A stretch of 64,000 bases of DNA from Deltaproteobacteria bacterium (GTDB lineage Bacteria > Desulfobacterota > GWC2-55-46 > JAJCZF01), in assembly GCA_029262475.1 (NCBI GenBank), contig JAJCZG010000119.1:3378-67377 (forward strand), read 5' to 3'. The first letter of the stretch is position 1. The number at the start of each line of letters is the position of its first letter. Shown in pieces: positions 9,326 to 18,916 of the stretch. The notes beneath the pieces were generated by a model, which searched no databases, was not told the DNA's origin, and saw only the letters and a list, made by a program, of their open reading frames with translations. The translations under genes were made by a program, and so were the position numbers.

Positions 9326-10651
9326 ATGGACTACTTTAACTTCAAAGGCAAAAACCTATACGCGGAAGATGTGCCCGTCTCACGTATCGCCAAAGAATGC
9401 GGCACCCCTATATATATATATAGTCTAAAGACACTCAGACGCCACTACAAGGCATATACGGAGTCCTTCGCAGGCGTGCCGAATATAATATGCTATTCGG
9501 TAAAAGCTAACTCGAACCTCTCGGTCCTTAACGCCTTTGCTAAAGAGGGTTCGGGCTTCGATATCGTCTCTGGCGGCGAGCTCTTCAGGGCCCTTAAGGC
9601 CGGTGCCGACCCCTCAAAGATTGTCTTTTCCGGGGTAGGCAAGAACGAAGACGAGATAGAGTACGCTTTAAAATCTTCGATACTCATGTTTAACGTAGAG
9701 AGCCCCGGAGAACTTAAAGCCGTAAACCGCGTCGCAAGGAGGCTAAAGACCAAGGCCCCTGTGGCGATAAGGATAAACCCTAATGTCGATCCGAAGACGC
9801 ATCCCTATATATCGACCGGGCTTAAGAAGAACAAATTCGGCATAGAGACCAATGAGGCTTTTAAGGAATATCTCTACGCTAAGAAGAGCCTGAAAAACCT
9901 CTCGCTCATCGGGGTGGACTGTCACATAGGCTCGCAGCTTACCGAGATCGAACCCTTCGTCGACGCCCTTAAGAAGGTTAAATCCTTTATAAAGAAACTC
10001 CGAAAAGAGGGGGTCAATATCAAATACCTCGACATGGGCGGCGGCCTCGGCATCCGGTACGACGAGGAGACCCCCCCTCACCCGAGCGACTACGGCGAGG
10101 CTATAATAAAGGAGACGAAGGCACTTGACGTAACCCTCATCTTCGAGCCGGGACGTTCGATGGTCGGTAACGCCGGCATACTCGCAACTAAAGTCCTCTA
10201 CACGAAACAGGGTTCTAAAAAGAATTTTGTCATCGTGGACGCCGCTATGAACGACCTTACGAGGCCGAGCCTCTACGGAGCATATCACGCCATAGAGCCG
10301 GTTATTTCGCCCGCCGCAGGTTCCGAGACGATACTGGCCGACGTAGTCGGCCCAATATGCGAGACCGGCGACTTCCTGGGGCAAAACATCAGCCTGCCGG
10401 TCCTAAAGGAAGGCGCGCTCCTCGCCGTAAAGAGCGCCGGGGCCTACGGCTTTACCATGTCGAGCAACTATAATTCCAGAAGGCGCGCAGCCGAGGTGAT
10501 GGTTGACGGTAAGGAGTTTAGCGTCATAAGAAAGCGCGAGGAGTTCGAAGACCTTATAAACGGAGAAGCGCTGCCGCGTATAAAGAAGTCGGTAAAAAAA
10601 CCGGTAAAGAAAGCAGCCGCTAAAAAGACTACCGCTAAGAGGGCACAGTGA
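9326..10651 (+). CDS. lysA: Diaminopimelate decarboxylase, with an unusual ~30-aa Lys/Ala-rich C-terminal tail
   Basis: Motifs YSVKANSN..., ...GLGIRYD... and ...EPGRSMVGNAG... are the PLP-dependent Orn/DAP decarboxylase fold. The C-terminus reads RIKKSVKKPVKKAAAKKTTAKRAQ. Confidence 0.95.
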   Translation: MDYFNFKGKNLYAEDVPVSRIAKECGTPIYIYSLKTLRRHYKAYTESFAGVPNIICYSVKANSNLSVLNAFAKEGSGFDIVSGGELFRALKAGADPSKIVFSGVGKNEDEIEYALKSSILMFNVESPGELKAVNRVARRLKTKAPVAIRINPNVDPKTHPYISTGLKKNKFGIETNEAFKEYLYAKKSLKNLSLIGVDCHIGSQLTEIEPFVDALKKVKSFIKKLRKEGVNIKYLDMGGGLGIRYDEETPPHPSDYGEAIIKETKALDVTLIFEPGRSMVGNAGILATKVLYTKQGSKKNFVIVDAAMNDLTRPSLYGAYHAIEPVISPAAGSETILADVVGPICETGDFLGQNISLPVLKEGALLAVKSAGAYGFTMSSNYNSRRRAAEVMVDGKEFSVIRKREEFEDLINGEALPRIKKSVKKPVKKAAAKKTTAKRAQ

Positions 10652-11472
10652 AGATAGAGTTCACAAAGATGCACGGTATTGGAAACGACTTCATCGTCCT
10701 TGACCTTACAAAAAAGTCCATACCGAAGCTTGAAGAGGCTATCATAAAGCTCGGCGACAGAAGATTCGGCGTAGGCTTTGACCAGGCCCTGATACTTAGG
10801 AAGTCAAGGAAGGCCGACTTCAGGATGGATATATATAACGGCGACGGCGGCAGAGTGGAGATGTGCGGTAACGGCATCCGCTGCTTTGCGCGCTATATCT
10901 GGGACAGGAAGCTATCGAAGAAGACGGCCCTCGATATCGAAACGCTCGCAGGCATAATGCGCCCGGAGAAGGCACCCGGCGGCCTCGTAAGGGTAGACAT
11001 GGGCGTGCCCGTACTAGACGGCCCGTCGATACCCGTAAAAACGTCTGGAGAGGTCATTGACCGCCCGCTCGCAGCCGGAGGTAAAGAGTTTAAAATTACC
11101 TGCGTATCAATGGGGAACCCGCACTGCGTTATATTCGTCGACGACGTCGCGAACTTCCCGGTCGCGGAGTACGGTCCGCTAATTGAAACACACAGGTTTT
11201 TCCCCAACAGGGCGAATGTGGAGTTCGTAGAGGTCGTTAATAACCGCCGCATTAAGATGCGCGTCTGGGAGCGCGGCGCGGGAGAGACACTCGCATGCGG
11301 CACCGGGGCATCGGCGAGCGTAGTTGCGGCGAATCTTAAAAAACTTATAAACCGTAAAGCAGTAGTGGAGCTCCTCGGCGGGGAGCTTTCGATTGAGCTA
11401 AGCAAAGAAGACGGAAGAGTGTATATGACCGGGCCTGCCGAAGAGGTATTTACAGGTACGGCTTCGGTATAG
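10648..11472 (+). CDS. dapF: Diaminopimelate epimerase
   Basis: MKIEFTKMHGIGNDFIVLD... and ...RMRVWERGAGETLACGTGA... contain the two catalytic Cys regions. Confidence 0.95.
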   Translation: MKIEFTKMHGIGNDFIVLDLTKKSIPKLEEAIIKLGDRRFGVGFDQALILRKSRKADFRMDIYNGDGGRVEMCGNGIRCFARYIWDRKLSKKTALDIETLAGIMRPEKAPGGLVRVDMGVPVLDGPSIPVKTSGEVIDRPLAAGGKEFKITCVSMGNPHCVIFVDDVANFPVAEYGPLIETHRFFPNRANVEFVEVVNNRRIKMRVWERGAGETLACGTGASASVVAANLKKLINRKAVVELLGGELSIELSKEDGRVYMTGPAEEVFTGTASV

Positions 11473-11490
11473 AAGATCAGGAGGAAGACC

Positions 11491-12363
11491 ATGTTTAAAG
11501 GCGCATTTACCGCTCTCGTAACACCGTTTAAGGACGGCGAGGTTGACGAGGCGGCGTTACGTAACTATATAGAAGAGCAGATCGCGGCTGGCATAAACGG
11601 CCTGGTGCCCTGCGGCTCAACCGGCGAGAGCGCGACCTTAACGCACGAAGAACACGACCGCGTAATCGATATAACCGTAGAGACGACCGCCGGGAGGGTG
11701 CCGGTCATTGCAGGCGCCGGCTCGAACTCTACCCGCGAGACGATAAAGCTCACGAAACACGCGGCCGATGGAGGCGCAGACGCTGCTCTCCTCATAACCC
11801 CTTACTACAATAAGCCCTCGCAGGCCGGGCTCTACGAACATTTCAAGACCGTGGCCGAGGAATGCGACATACCGATATTCCTCTATAACGTACCGGTGAG
11901 GACTGCGGTAAACCTCTCTTCGGAGACGACGGCGCGCCTCTCGGAGCTTCCTGGTATCATCGGCATAAAAGAGGCGACCGGCAATATGGAGCAGATAAGC
12001 CAGACGATACGCCTCTCAAAGGACGGATTTATCGTGCTATCAGGTGACGACGCATCGACCCTGCCGCTCCTCTCCATCGGAGGCTCGGGAGTAATAAGCG
12101 TCACATCGAATATCGCACCGGTGGATATGAGCAGCCTGTGCTCGGCATTCTTCTCCGGAGACCAGGAAGGGGCGAGGAAGATCCACGAAAAGCTCCTACC
12201 GTTATCAGCCGCCATGTTCGTCGAAACGAACCCGGTGCCGGTGAAGACCGCACTTGCGATGATGGGAAAGATAACCGAAGAATTCAGGCTACCGCTGGTA
12301 AATATCGGCGAGAGCGGCAGAAGGGCCGTCGAAGACGCGCTCAGGGAATACGGCATACTTTAA
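11491..12363 (+). CDS. dapA: 4-hydroxy-tetrahydrodipicolinate synthase
   Basis: GAFTALVTPF...INGLVPCGSTGES... is the DapA signature. Confidence 0.95.
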   Translation: MFKGAFTALVTPFKDGEVDEAALRNYIEEQIAAGINGLVPCGSTGESATLTHEEHDRVIDITVETTAGRVPVIAGAGSNSTRETIKLTKHAADGGADAALLITPYYNKPSQAGLYEHFKTVAEECDIPIFLYNVPVRTAVNLSSETTARLSELPGIIGIKEATGNMEQISQTIRLSKDGFIVLSGDDASTLPLLSIGGSGVISVTSNIAPVDMSSLCSAFFSGDQEGARKIHEKLLPLSAAMFVETNPVPVKTALAMMGKITEEFRLPLVNIGESGRRAVEDALREYGIL

Positions 12364-12394
12364 GTAAAGTCTTCCGAGAAAAAAGGAGCGGGAT

Positions 12395-13201
12395 ATGATA
12401 AGAGCGGGCATAGTCGGTGCGGGCGGAAGGATGGGACAGGCTCTCATAAGGAGCGTCCTCGAAGCAAAAGGCATTGAGATAGCCGGAGTAAGCGAGAGGC
12501 CGGGTTCGAGCCTGATAGGAAAGGACCCCGGTGAGGCCGCCTTCACAGGAAAGATCGGCATAAAGGCCAAGGACACCCCCAAAAAGGCTTTTAAGACCTC
12601 CGACGTTATAATAGACTTTTCATCTCCGGAGGCCTCCATGCATCATCTGGAGTACGCCGTCGAGACAGATAAGGCGATAGTTATAGGCACGACCGGATTT
12701 TCAAAGCAGCAGAGAAACAAGATTAAGAAGATGGGCAAGGAGACGCGCATCGTGATGGCCCCGAATATGAGCGTTGGCATAAACCTGCTCTTAAAGCTCG
12801 TAAACACAGCCGCTACCGCTCTTGGCGACCCCTACGACGTAGAAATTGTCGAGACACACCACCGCCACAAAAAAGACGCCCCCTCAGGCACGGCCATCCG
12901 CATAGCCGAGGAGGCGGCTAAAGCCCTTTCGAGGAATTTTGATGAAACAGCGGTTTACTGCCGAAAGGGCATCATAGGAGAACGCAAGACAAAAGAGATC
13001 GGCATTCAAACCCTTCGCGCCGGCGACGTAGTCGGCGACCATACAATAATATTCGCCACACCCGGAGAGCGCATCGAGCTTACGCATAAGGCCCAGTCCA
13101 GGGATACCTTCGCCAACGGTGCGGTAAAGGCCGCCATATGGCTAGTGGAAAAACCAAGGGGGCTCTACGACATGCACGACGTTCTTAACCTTAAGGACTA
13201 A
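12395..13201 (+). CDS. dapB: 4-hydroxy-tetrahydrodipicolinate reductase
   Basis: MIRAGIVGAGGRMGQALI... and ...EIVETHHRHKKDAPSGTA... are the DapB signature. Confidence 0.95.
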   Translation: MIRAGIVGAGGRMGQALIRSVLEAKGIEIAGVSERPGSSLIGKDPGEAAFTGKIGIKAKDTPKKAFKTSDVIIDFSSPEASMHHLEYAVETDKAIVIGTTGFSKQQRNKIKKMGKETRIVMAPNMSVGINLLLKLVNTAATALGDPYDVEIVETHHRHKKDAPSGTAIRIAEEAAKALSRNFDETAVYCRKGIIGERKTKEIGIQTLRAGDVVGDHTIIFATPGERIELTHKAQSRDTFANGAVKAAIWLVEKPRGLYDMHDVLNLKD

Positions 13202-13536
13202 AAAAGCCCTAAGGGCTCCGCCCGAGGATCCGGGCGAATGCGAGACGCGCCTGCCTTGCCCGTCTCGTACGGTTACAGACCTTTTCACCGCAGAGCTCGT
13301 CCGTCCACACCGAATAAAAAAGACCTTTTATAGATTAACTCTTTTGACTCCACCGGCGCTTTACGGTTAAAATATAAAACAAAGCGGGGCAAAGGAGGAG
13401 ACGGCGGGCTCGGAGCTACGGATAAAAGATGCCTGGCTGCCGTATATTGCCGAACTAACAGCCCTAATTCATATAGATTAATGACGGCACCCGGGACGAC
13501 AACGGAGTGCCTGGCGGGAAAAAGGATTTACAGTAA

Positions 13537-15636
13537 GTGATAGATTCGCTCTTTAAAAGCGCTCGTTCCATAAAATACTTCGGGGCCGCTGTCGCGTGCT
13601 TCGCGCTCTATACGGTCGTAACTTCTTTTAACGCTCTATCCCCTCTTCAGTGGGGGATAAGCCTTCTCCTTACGGCTGGCGCAGCGGGTATCTACTTCTC
13701 ACTTAACGCGCCGCCACTAAAAGCGTCCCCCGTAAAGACTTCGCTAACGGTCTTCACCTTTTACATCATAGCCGCACTCCTGGTATTTCACCCCACGATG
13801 CACAATATCTTCAGGAGTGATTACTGGCAGATATCTCTCTTATTTAATAGCATTTCGGAGTTGACCGTAGATGCCGCAAAGAGGCTCTCGCTCTTCGAAA
13901 TCTTCGGAGATATGCGCTTTCAGCCCGCCGCGCACCTCCTTATGTACTTCAGAGACCTTGCCTTCGGTAGCGAGGTCTTACTCTTTCATCTCCTTAATAT
14001 CACTCTCCACTCGGTAACCGGCTTTGCCCTATACGGCGCCCTTAACCGTTTCACGCGAGACCGGGCCTTCTCTTTCATATTCGGGCTTCTTTTTATAGTC
14101 CTCCAGAGCCACTTCGACACCGTTGTCTGGACCTATCATATCTATATAATACTCGGCTCCATACTGCTCCTCACCGCCGTTAACCTCACAAAGCGCTACA
14201 TAGACGGTGAGACGGCAGTCTCTATCTACATAGCGGCCCTCCTGTCAATAGTCTCCATCCTCCTCTACGAACCGTCGATAGCCATCCCGCTCCTCCTCTT
14301 TTTAATGGTCGGCGCGGCCTTCTTAACCAAAGATGGAGGGGTAGATAAGAAGCGGCTTATTATTGCCGGAGCCGGAGCCGCAGCAGTATATATTTTATAC
14401 GCAGGTGTTACGCTATTCGGCTTGTCGCTTACAGAAGGGGCACACAAGGTCGTCTCCGGCGGAGACCTCATAACCGTTGATAATATCTTAAAGGGGCTCG
14501 TTGCGCTCTTTAAAAGCCTCTGGCATACCATCTACCTTGAAAACATTGGCATTACGGCGGAGCTAAATATCGTAGAGATAATCTACATTCATCCGCCGGA
14601 AGAGTTAATTACGAGTTTTACTGCTGTAGTCATAATGGCCCTGTCGCTCGCCCTCTTCTCGCTCATGCGCGCAGACAAGAAGAACCGCTACTTCGCCCTA
14701 CTGCTGATACTTATTGGAATCTCCTACTTTTCGGTAATAGCGCTTGGAAGGGTCCACTCCAATTCGATAAGGTACGTTACCTCCCAGTCCCGTTACTTCT
14801 ACTTCCCGAACGCGGCCATCCTGCTCGCCTCAGGCATTCTCCTCTACCGGAAATACGGTGAGCAAAGCGCAAGGTGGATAATACTCATAATACTAACGGC
14901 CATCTTCTTCTGGAATACCTCGAATACCCAGATGGCGAATAACGCCGTCGATAGGAATATGCGCTTCCTGGACGCCCCCCACTACGAGCTAAAGGCATTT
15001 ACGGCCTCCAACCCTCAGGCGAAAGTATTTATCGACTACATCCCCTTTAACGAGGGGCGCCTCTTCCTCGGCTCCGATATTGCTCTGGAGATAATGCACA
15101 GAGGAGCGGTCACCAGGTATAAACGCCTTGCGACGCATATCTACGACGAGCGCGGTCTAAGGAAGAACCCATCCTACATGGCGGGCGCAGTACCTTCTCC
15201 GACACTCGGCGATTTTACCGTCAAGTGGACATTCCGCTTCTTCAAGCAGGCCGAGTCGTGGAAGGATATAGTCGTCATCGGCTCAGAGAATAATTACCCG
15301 CGCATTACGACCACCCTCGACGGGGTCATAAAACTTGCTCTCGTTAACGTCGAAACCGGCGCTGTAGAGGAGTTAAGCTTCCACCCGTCATACTTGCTAA
15401 AGGGCTATAACGACTGGTTCGAAGTTACCCTTGTAAAAGAAGGGGACGTTATCTGCCTCAAATACTTTGACATGATTAGCGATTCGGTGACCCTTACGTC
15501 GGAGTACGTGAACTGGCGTGCGGACGGCACGGAGCTCCTTGGCCCGCACTACTACGGAAAGGGCGCATCCTCTTACATTGCCGACCTCTTCCTGATGCTC
15601 GACGAAGCCAGGGGCGGGTGCGGAAAGCTCAAATAA
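13537..15636 (+). CDS. GT-C fold membrane glycosyltransferase, TMTC/PMT_2 (DUF1736)-like, paralog 1. It has an unassigned ~300-aa C-terminal domain and uses a GTG start.
   Basis: A multi-pass N-terminal domain carries RSDYW...RFQPAAHLL...FHLLNITLHSV...LFIVLQSHFDTVVWTY. These are collinear with the TMTC blocks DFWG...SYRPLT...YHLLNMIFHA...LFAVHPIHTEAVTGV. Compare the paralogs at 15654 and 31144. Confidence 0.6.
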   Translation: MIDSLFKSARSIKYFGAAVACFALYTVVTSFNALSPLQWGISLLLTAGAAGIYFSLNAPPLKASPVKTSLTVFTFYIIAALLVFHPTMHNIFRSDYWQISLLFNSISELTVDAAKRLSLFEIFGDMRFQPAAHLLMYFRDLAFGSEVLLFHLLNITLHSVTGFALYGALNRFTRDRAFSFIFGLLFIVLQSHFDTVVWTYHIYIILGSILLLTAVNLTKRYIDGETAVSIYIAALLSIVSILLYEPSIAIPLLLFLMVGAAFLTKDGGVDKKRLIIAGAGAAAVYILYAGVTLFGLSLTEGAHKVVSGGDLITVDNILKGLVALFKSLWHTIYLENIGITAELNIVEIIYIHPPEELITSFTAVVIMALSLALFSLMRADKKNRYFALLLILIGISYFSVIALGRVHSNSIRYVTSQSRYFYFPNAAILLASGILLYRKYGEQSARWIILIILTAIFFWNTSNTQMANNAVDRNMRFLDAPHYELKAFTASNPQAKVFIDYIPFNEGRLFLGSDIALEIMHRGAVTRYKRLATHIYDERGLRKNPSYMAGAVPSPTLGDFTVKWTFRFFKQAESWKDIVVIGSENNYPRITTTLDGVIKLALVNVETGAVEELSFHPSYLLKGYNDWFEVTLVKEGDVICLKYFDMISDSVTLTSEYVNWRADGTELLGPHYYGKGASSYIADLFLMLDEARGGCGKLK

Positions 15637-15653
15637 GCGTAGCGAGAGATTAA

Positions 15654-17759
15654 TTGAATAAAGACTATACAAATGCGATTCGCTTCACCGCGCCGGTAGG
15701 AGCTATATTTGCCATCACAGTCGCCTATACGACGTGGAGCTCGCTAAACTCGCTGCCGCCTTATCAGTGGGCTCTGGCATTCGCGCTACTAATAATTGCT
15801 CTTACGGCGCTCTTCTTTATGGAGAAGGGTCTACTAACCGCGAGGAGAGCGGCAGGCGTAACCGTCATCATCTACGCTCTCGTCGCATTTACGGCCTTTC
15901 ACTCCACAACCGGCAATATTTTCAGGAGCGACTACTGGCTAATCGCCGAGCTCTTCAACTCCTTCGACCAGGTAACCATCGATACGCTCAGGAGGATCTC
16001 TCTCTTTGAAATAATGGGCGACCCGAGGTTCCAACCTCTTGCCCACCTACTGATGTATTTACGGTTTCTCGTCTTTAAATTCAACCCGCTGGCCTTTCAT
16101 ACGCTCAATATCGCGCTCCACACTCTAACGGCCTTTCTTATTTACCTTATCGTTAAGGAGTTCACAGCCGAAAAGGGACTGGCCTTCATAACGGGGCTCA
16201 TCTTCATAGTGCTCCAGAGCCAATTCGATACCGTCGTCTGGACCTATCATATATATATTATTACCGGCGGAGCACTCCTCTTCGCCGCCATCCTCCTTGC
16301 CAGGAGATACTCAGTCACAGGAGAGAGGGCGTATTTCATATATGCGGTTCTATTCTCTCTCGCCTCGCTCCTCCTCTACGAACCGGCGGTAGCCGGGCCC
16401 GCCGCCGTAGCAGGCATAGTTTTATTTAACTGGCGACGCGACGGGCAAGCGGCGCCCCGGCGGACCATTTACTCTACTGCTCTAATCGCAATTGCCGCTT
16501 ACATCGCTTATATGTTGGTTACACTCTTCGGCACCTCTCTTACGACTACAAGCCACAAGATGGGCATGGGAGAGCTCACTACCTTATCAAATATTGGCCT
16601 TGCCGTTAAGGCGCTCTTCGTTAACTTATGGCAGAGCTCTTTTATCATAAATACCGGCATGACGGCTACGCTCGACCTCTCCGATATCGTTTACATACGG
16701 ATGCCTGAGGATATATTTACCACGATAAATATCATAAAGCTCATACCGGTCGTCTTTCTTGCGGCATCACTAAGGGCGGTAAAGGGGACGAGGGCTACCG
16801 CCGCGATAATCGCTACCATCGCCCTCTCCTACCTATTTATAATATCGCTCGGAAGGATGCATTCCAATTCGCTCGAATACTTCATAAGCCAGCCGCGTTA
16901 CCAGTACTTCCCCAATGCCGCGCTCATAATCCTTGTGGCCGTACTCCTGAGCGCAAAGTTTAAGGAGAAGATAAAAAAACCGCTTATCAGTGCCGCCCTC
17001 GCAGCTATCTTCTTCTGGAACCTGCAAAATACCCTTATAGCGAATAACAAGGTCTCAGACGGCATGGAGTTCCTCGACTCACACTATTACAGGATAAAAG
17101 ATTTTACCGCGAATGACCCGTCGAGAAAGCTATATATGAACTTTACTCCCGGCGAAGGTTTGAGGTTTGCACTCGGAGCGGATATCGCCCTCGACCTCAT
17201 GCTAGGCGAGCGCCTCAGCTCATTTCCGAGTAAAGCCACGCATATCTACACAGAGGACGATATCATGGAGAACCCTTTCAGGTCGGGCGGCGGCGTGGAG
17301 GCGGCAGAGCTCGGGAACTTCTTTGTCTCGTGGACATACCTTCCGGTCTACAAATTAACTCCGCAAGATGACGTGGAAGTGCTTGGGGGTAAGCACGGAG
17401 GGGCGCGTATATCCATTACCAACACCGGAGAAGTTAACTTCAGGGCAGTAAGGGCCGATACCGGTACTACCGATACTATTACACTAAAAAACCCTTATTT
17501 TGCCTCCTCGTACGCTTCACCGGAGGGCAAAAAAACACTCAAACATATGGCCGTCGTAAAGGACGGTAACGAGATTTGCCTTTACTTTAATAATAGACTT
17601 GCCGATAAAAAGATATTACACTATCCATATAAGAACTGGAGAGTGGACGGAAGCGAGCTCTTCGGAAGCCACTACTCAGGGAGTGGCGGTGCGGCCTACG
17701 TCCTCCGGCTCTTTAAACAGTTGGACTCCTCAGACTACTCATGCTCCAGCGAATCGTAG
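15654..17759 (+). CDS. GT-C fold membrane glycosyltransferase, TMTC/PMT_2 (DUF1736)-like, paralog 2. It is a tandem duplicate of the upstream gene.
   Basis: RSDYWLIAELFNSFDQ...RFQPLAHLL...FHTLNIALHTL...IFIVLQSQFDTVVWTYHIYII. It is collinear with paralog 1 along the whole length, including the C-terminal domain (…KNWRVDGSELFGSHY… against …VNWRADGTELLGPHY…). Confidence 0.6.
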   Translation: MNKDYTNAIRFTAPVGAIFAITVAYTTWSSLNSLPPYQWALAFALLIIALTALFFMEKGLLTARRAAGVTVIIYALVAFTAFHSTTGNIFRSDYWLIAELFNSFDQVTIDTLRRISLFEIMGDPRFQPLAHLLMYLRFLVFKFNPLAFHTLNIALHTLTAFLIYLIVKEFTAEKGLAFITGLIFIVLQSQFDTVVWTYHIYIITGGALLFAAILLARRYSVTGERAYFIYAVLFSLASLLLYEPAVAGPAAVAGIVLFNWRRDGQAAPRRTIYSTALIAIAAYIAYMLVTLFGTSLTTTSHKMGMGELTTLSNIGLAVKALFVNLWQSSFIINTGMTATLDLSDIVYIRMPEDIFTTINIIKLIPVVFLAASLRAVKGTRATAAIIATIALSYLFIISLGRMHSNSLEYFISQPRYQYFPNAALIILVAVLLSAKFKEKIKKPLISAALAAIFFWNLQNTLIANNKVSDGMEFLDSHYYRIKDFTANDPSRKLYMNFTPGEGLRFALGADIALDLMLGERLSSFPSKATHIYTEDDIMENPFRSGGGVEAAELGNFFVSWTYLPVYKLTPQDDVEVLGGKHGGARISITNTGEVNFRAVRADTGTTDTITLKNPYFASSYASPEGKKTLKHMAVVKDGNEICLYFNNRLADKKILHYPYKNWRVDGSELFGSHYSGSGGAAYVLRLFKQLDSSDYSCSSES

Positions 17760-17826
17760 TCTGGAGCTACTACCCATAGGTTATAAGGTATTCCTTGAAC
17801 CACTAACTTTTGAAAGGATCTAAAAT

Positions 17827-18606
17827 ATGATACGCAAAGCCCTGCCAATCTTCTTATTCTTCTTACTCGTAACGCTTATGGCGGCCCTCGCACCTTCCTC
17901 GCAAGCCTTTACCGGTGCCGGGTGCGCTGAAGACTGCACAAGCTGTCATACCCTTGATATAGACGAGGCGAATAAACTCCTTAAAACCGAGAAGTTCGGC
18001 GCAAAGGTGACCGGCGTCAAGATGAGCCCCATTAAGGGTCTATGGGATGTGACCATCGAGAAGAACGGTAAAGAGATGGCTGCCTACGTCGACTTCGCAA
18101 AGCAATTCCTCGTCGAAGGGCGTTTCACACCGCTTGAGAATATTGGAAAGCAGCCGGAAGCGAAGAAACTTGATACATCAACAATACCCCTTGCCGACGC
18201 CGTGGTGATGGGCGACCCGAATGCTGCGCTTAAGGTCATCGTATTCGACGACCCGGATTGCCCGTACTGTAAAAAACTTCACAACGAGATAAAGACGATC
18301 ATTTCAAAAAGAAAGGATATCGCCTTCTACATCAAACTCTACCCGCTCGCCATGCACCCGGCGGCATATGCTAAGAGCAAGGCGATAGTCTGCGAAAGGT
18401 CCGTTAAACTCCTCGACGACGCCTTTAACGGCGTAGAGCTCCCGAAGCCTGAGTGCGATACCGACGATGTGGACAAGACCATAACGCTCGCTAAAAGCCT
18501 CGGCATTAACGGCACCCCCGGCATAGTGCTCCCGAACGGAACCCTCATACCCGGTTATGTAGTGGCTGATACGCTCATAAAAATGATAGACGAAAATACA
18601 AAATAA
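17827..18606 (+). CDS. Periplasmic thiol:disulfide interchange protein, DsbC/DsbG-like
   Basis: A signal peptide is followed by a DsbC-type N-terminal dimerisation region and a thioredoxin fold with DDPDCPYCKKLH (CPYC active site). There is an extra N-terminal GCAEDCTSCH motif. Confidence 0.7.
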   Translation: MIRKALPIFLFFLLVTLMAALAPSSQAFTGAGCAEDCTSCHTLDIDEANKLLKTEKFGAKVTGVKMSPIKGLWDVTIEKNGKEMAAYVDFAKQFLVEGRFTPLENIGKQPEAKKLDTSTIPLADAVVMGDPNAALKVIVFDDPDCPYCKKLHNEIKTIISKRKDIAFYIKLYPLAMHPAAYAKSKAIVCERSVKLLDDAFNGVELPKPECDTDDVDKTITLAKSLGINGTPGIVLPNGTLIPGYVVADTLIKMIDENTK

Positions 18607-18644
18607 CTTTTATTTCAATAGAGATTTCATAGGCACGTTAAAAG

Positions 18645-18686
18645 CCATTGCCGGGTAGATGCTTCTACCCGGTAAAGGCTTTTTTG
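18645..18686 (+). terminator. Rho-independent terminator of the dsbC-like gene
   Basis: The hairpin ccgggtag-atgctt-ctacccgg is followed by taaaggc and then TTTTTT. Confidence 0.5.
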
Positions 18687-18817
18687 ATATCATAAAGGTA
18701 TGAGGGAGACGGTTTGAGGCCCGGGCAGCTAATAAAAAAACCCCTTCCCCGGCCTCCCATTCACACTCTCTCCGGGTAATGGCTTCGCTCCCTCACCTTA
18801 TTAGATACATACAATCC

Positions 18818-18850
18818 AAAAAAACCCCGGCTCTCCAAGAAGGGCCGGGG
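18818..18850 (-). terminator. Rho-independent terminator of the minus-strand 829-aa TPR gene
   Basis: Read on the minus strand, a ~10-bp GC-rich stem (ccccggccct...agggccgggg on the plus strand) is followed by a U7 tract (A7 at 18818-18824 on the plus strand). It lies ~70 nt past the stop at 18917. Confidence 0.75.
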
Positions 18851-18916
18851 CGACTAAATATCACTAAGTAAATCTTTAATATAAATAAGCACGATACAAA
18901 GAGTAGCCGAAGACTG

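Noticed and set aside
9743-11492. Minus-strand ORFs 9743..10384 (213 aa) and 10893..11492 (199 aa)
   Set aside because: They lie antisense to lysA and dapF respectively. The plus-strand genes carry unmistakable enzyme signatures.
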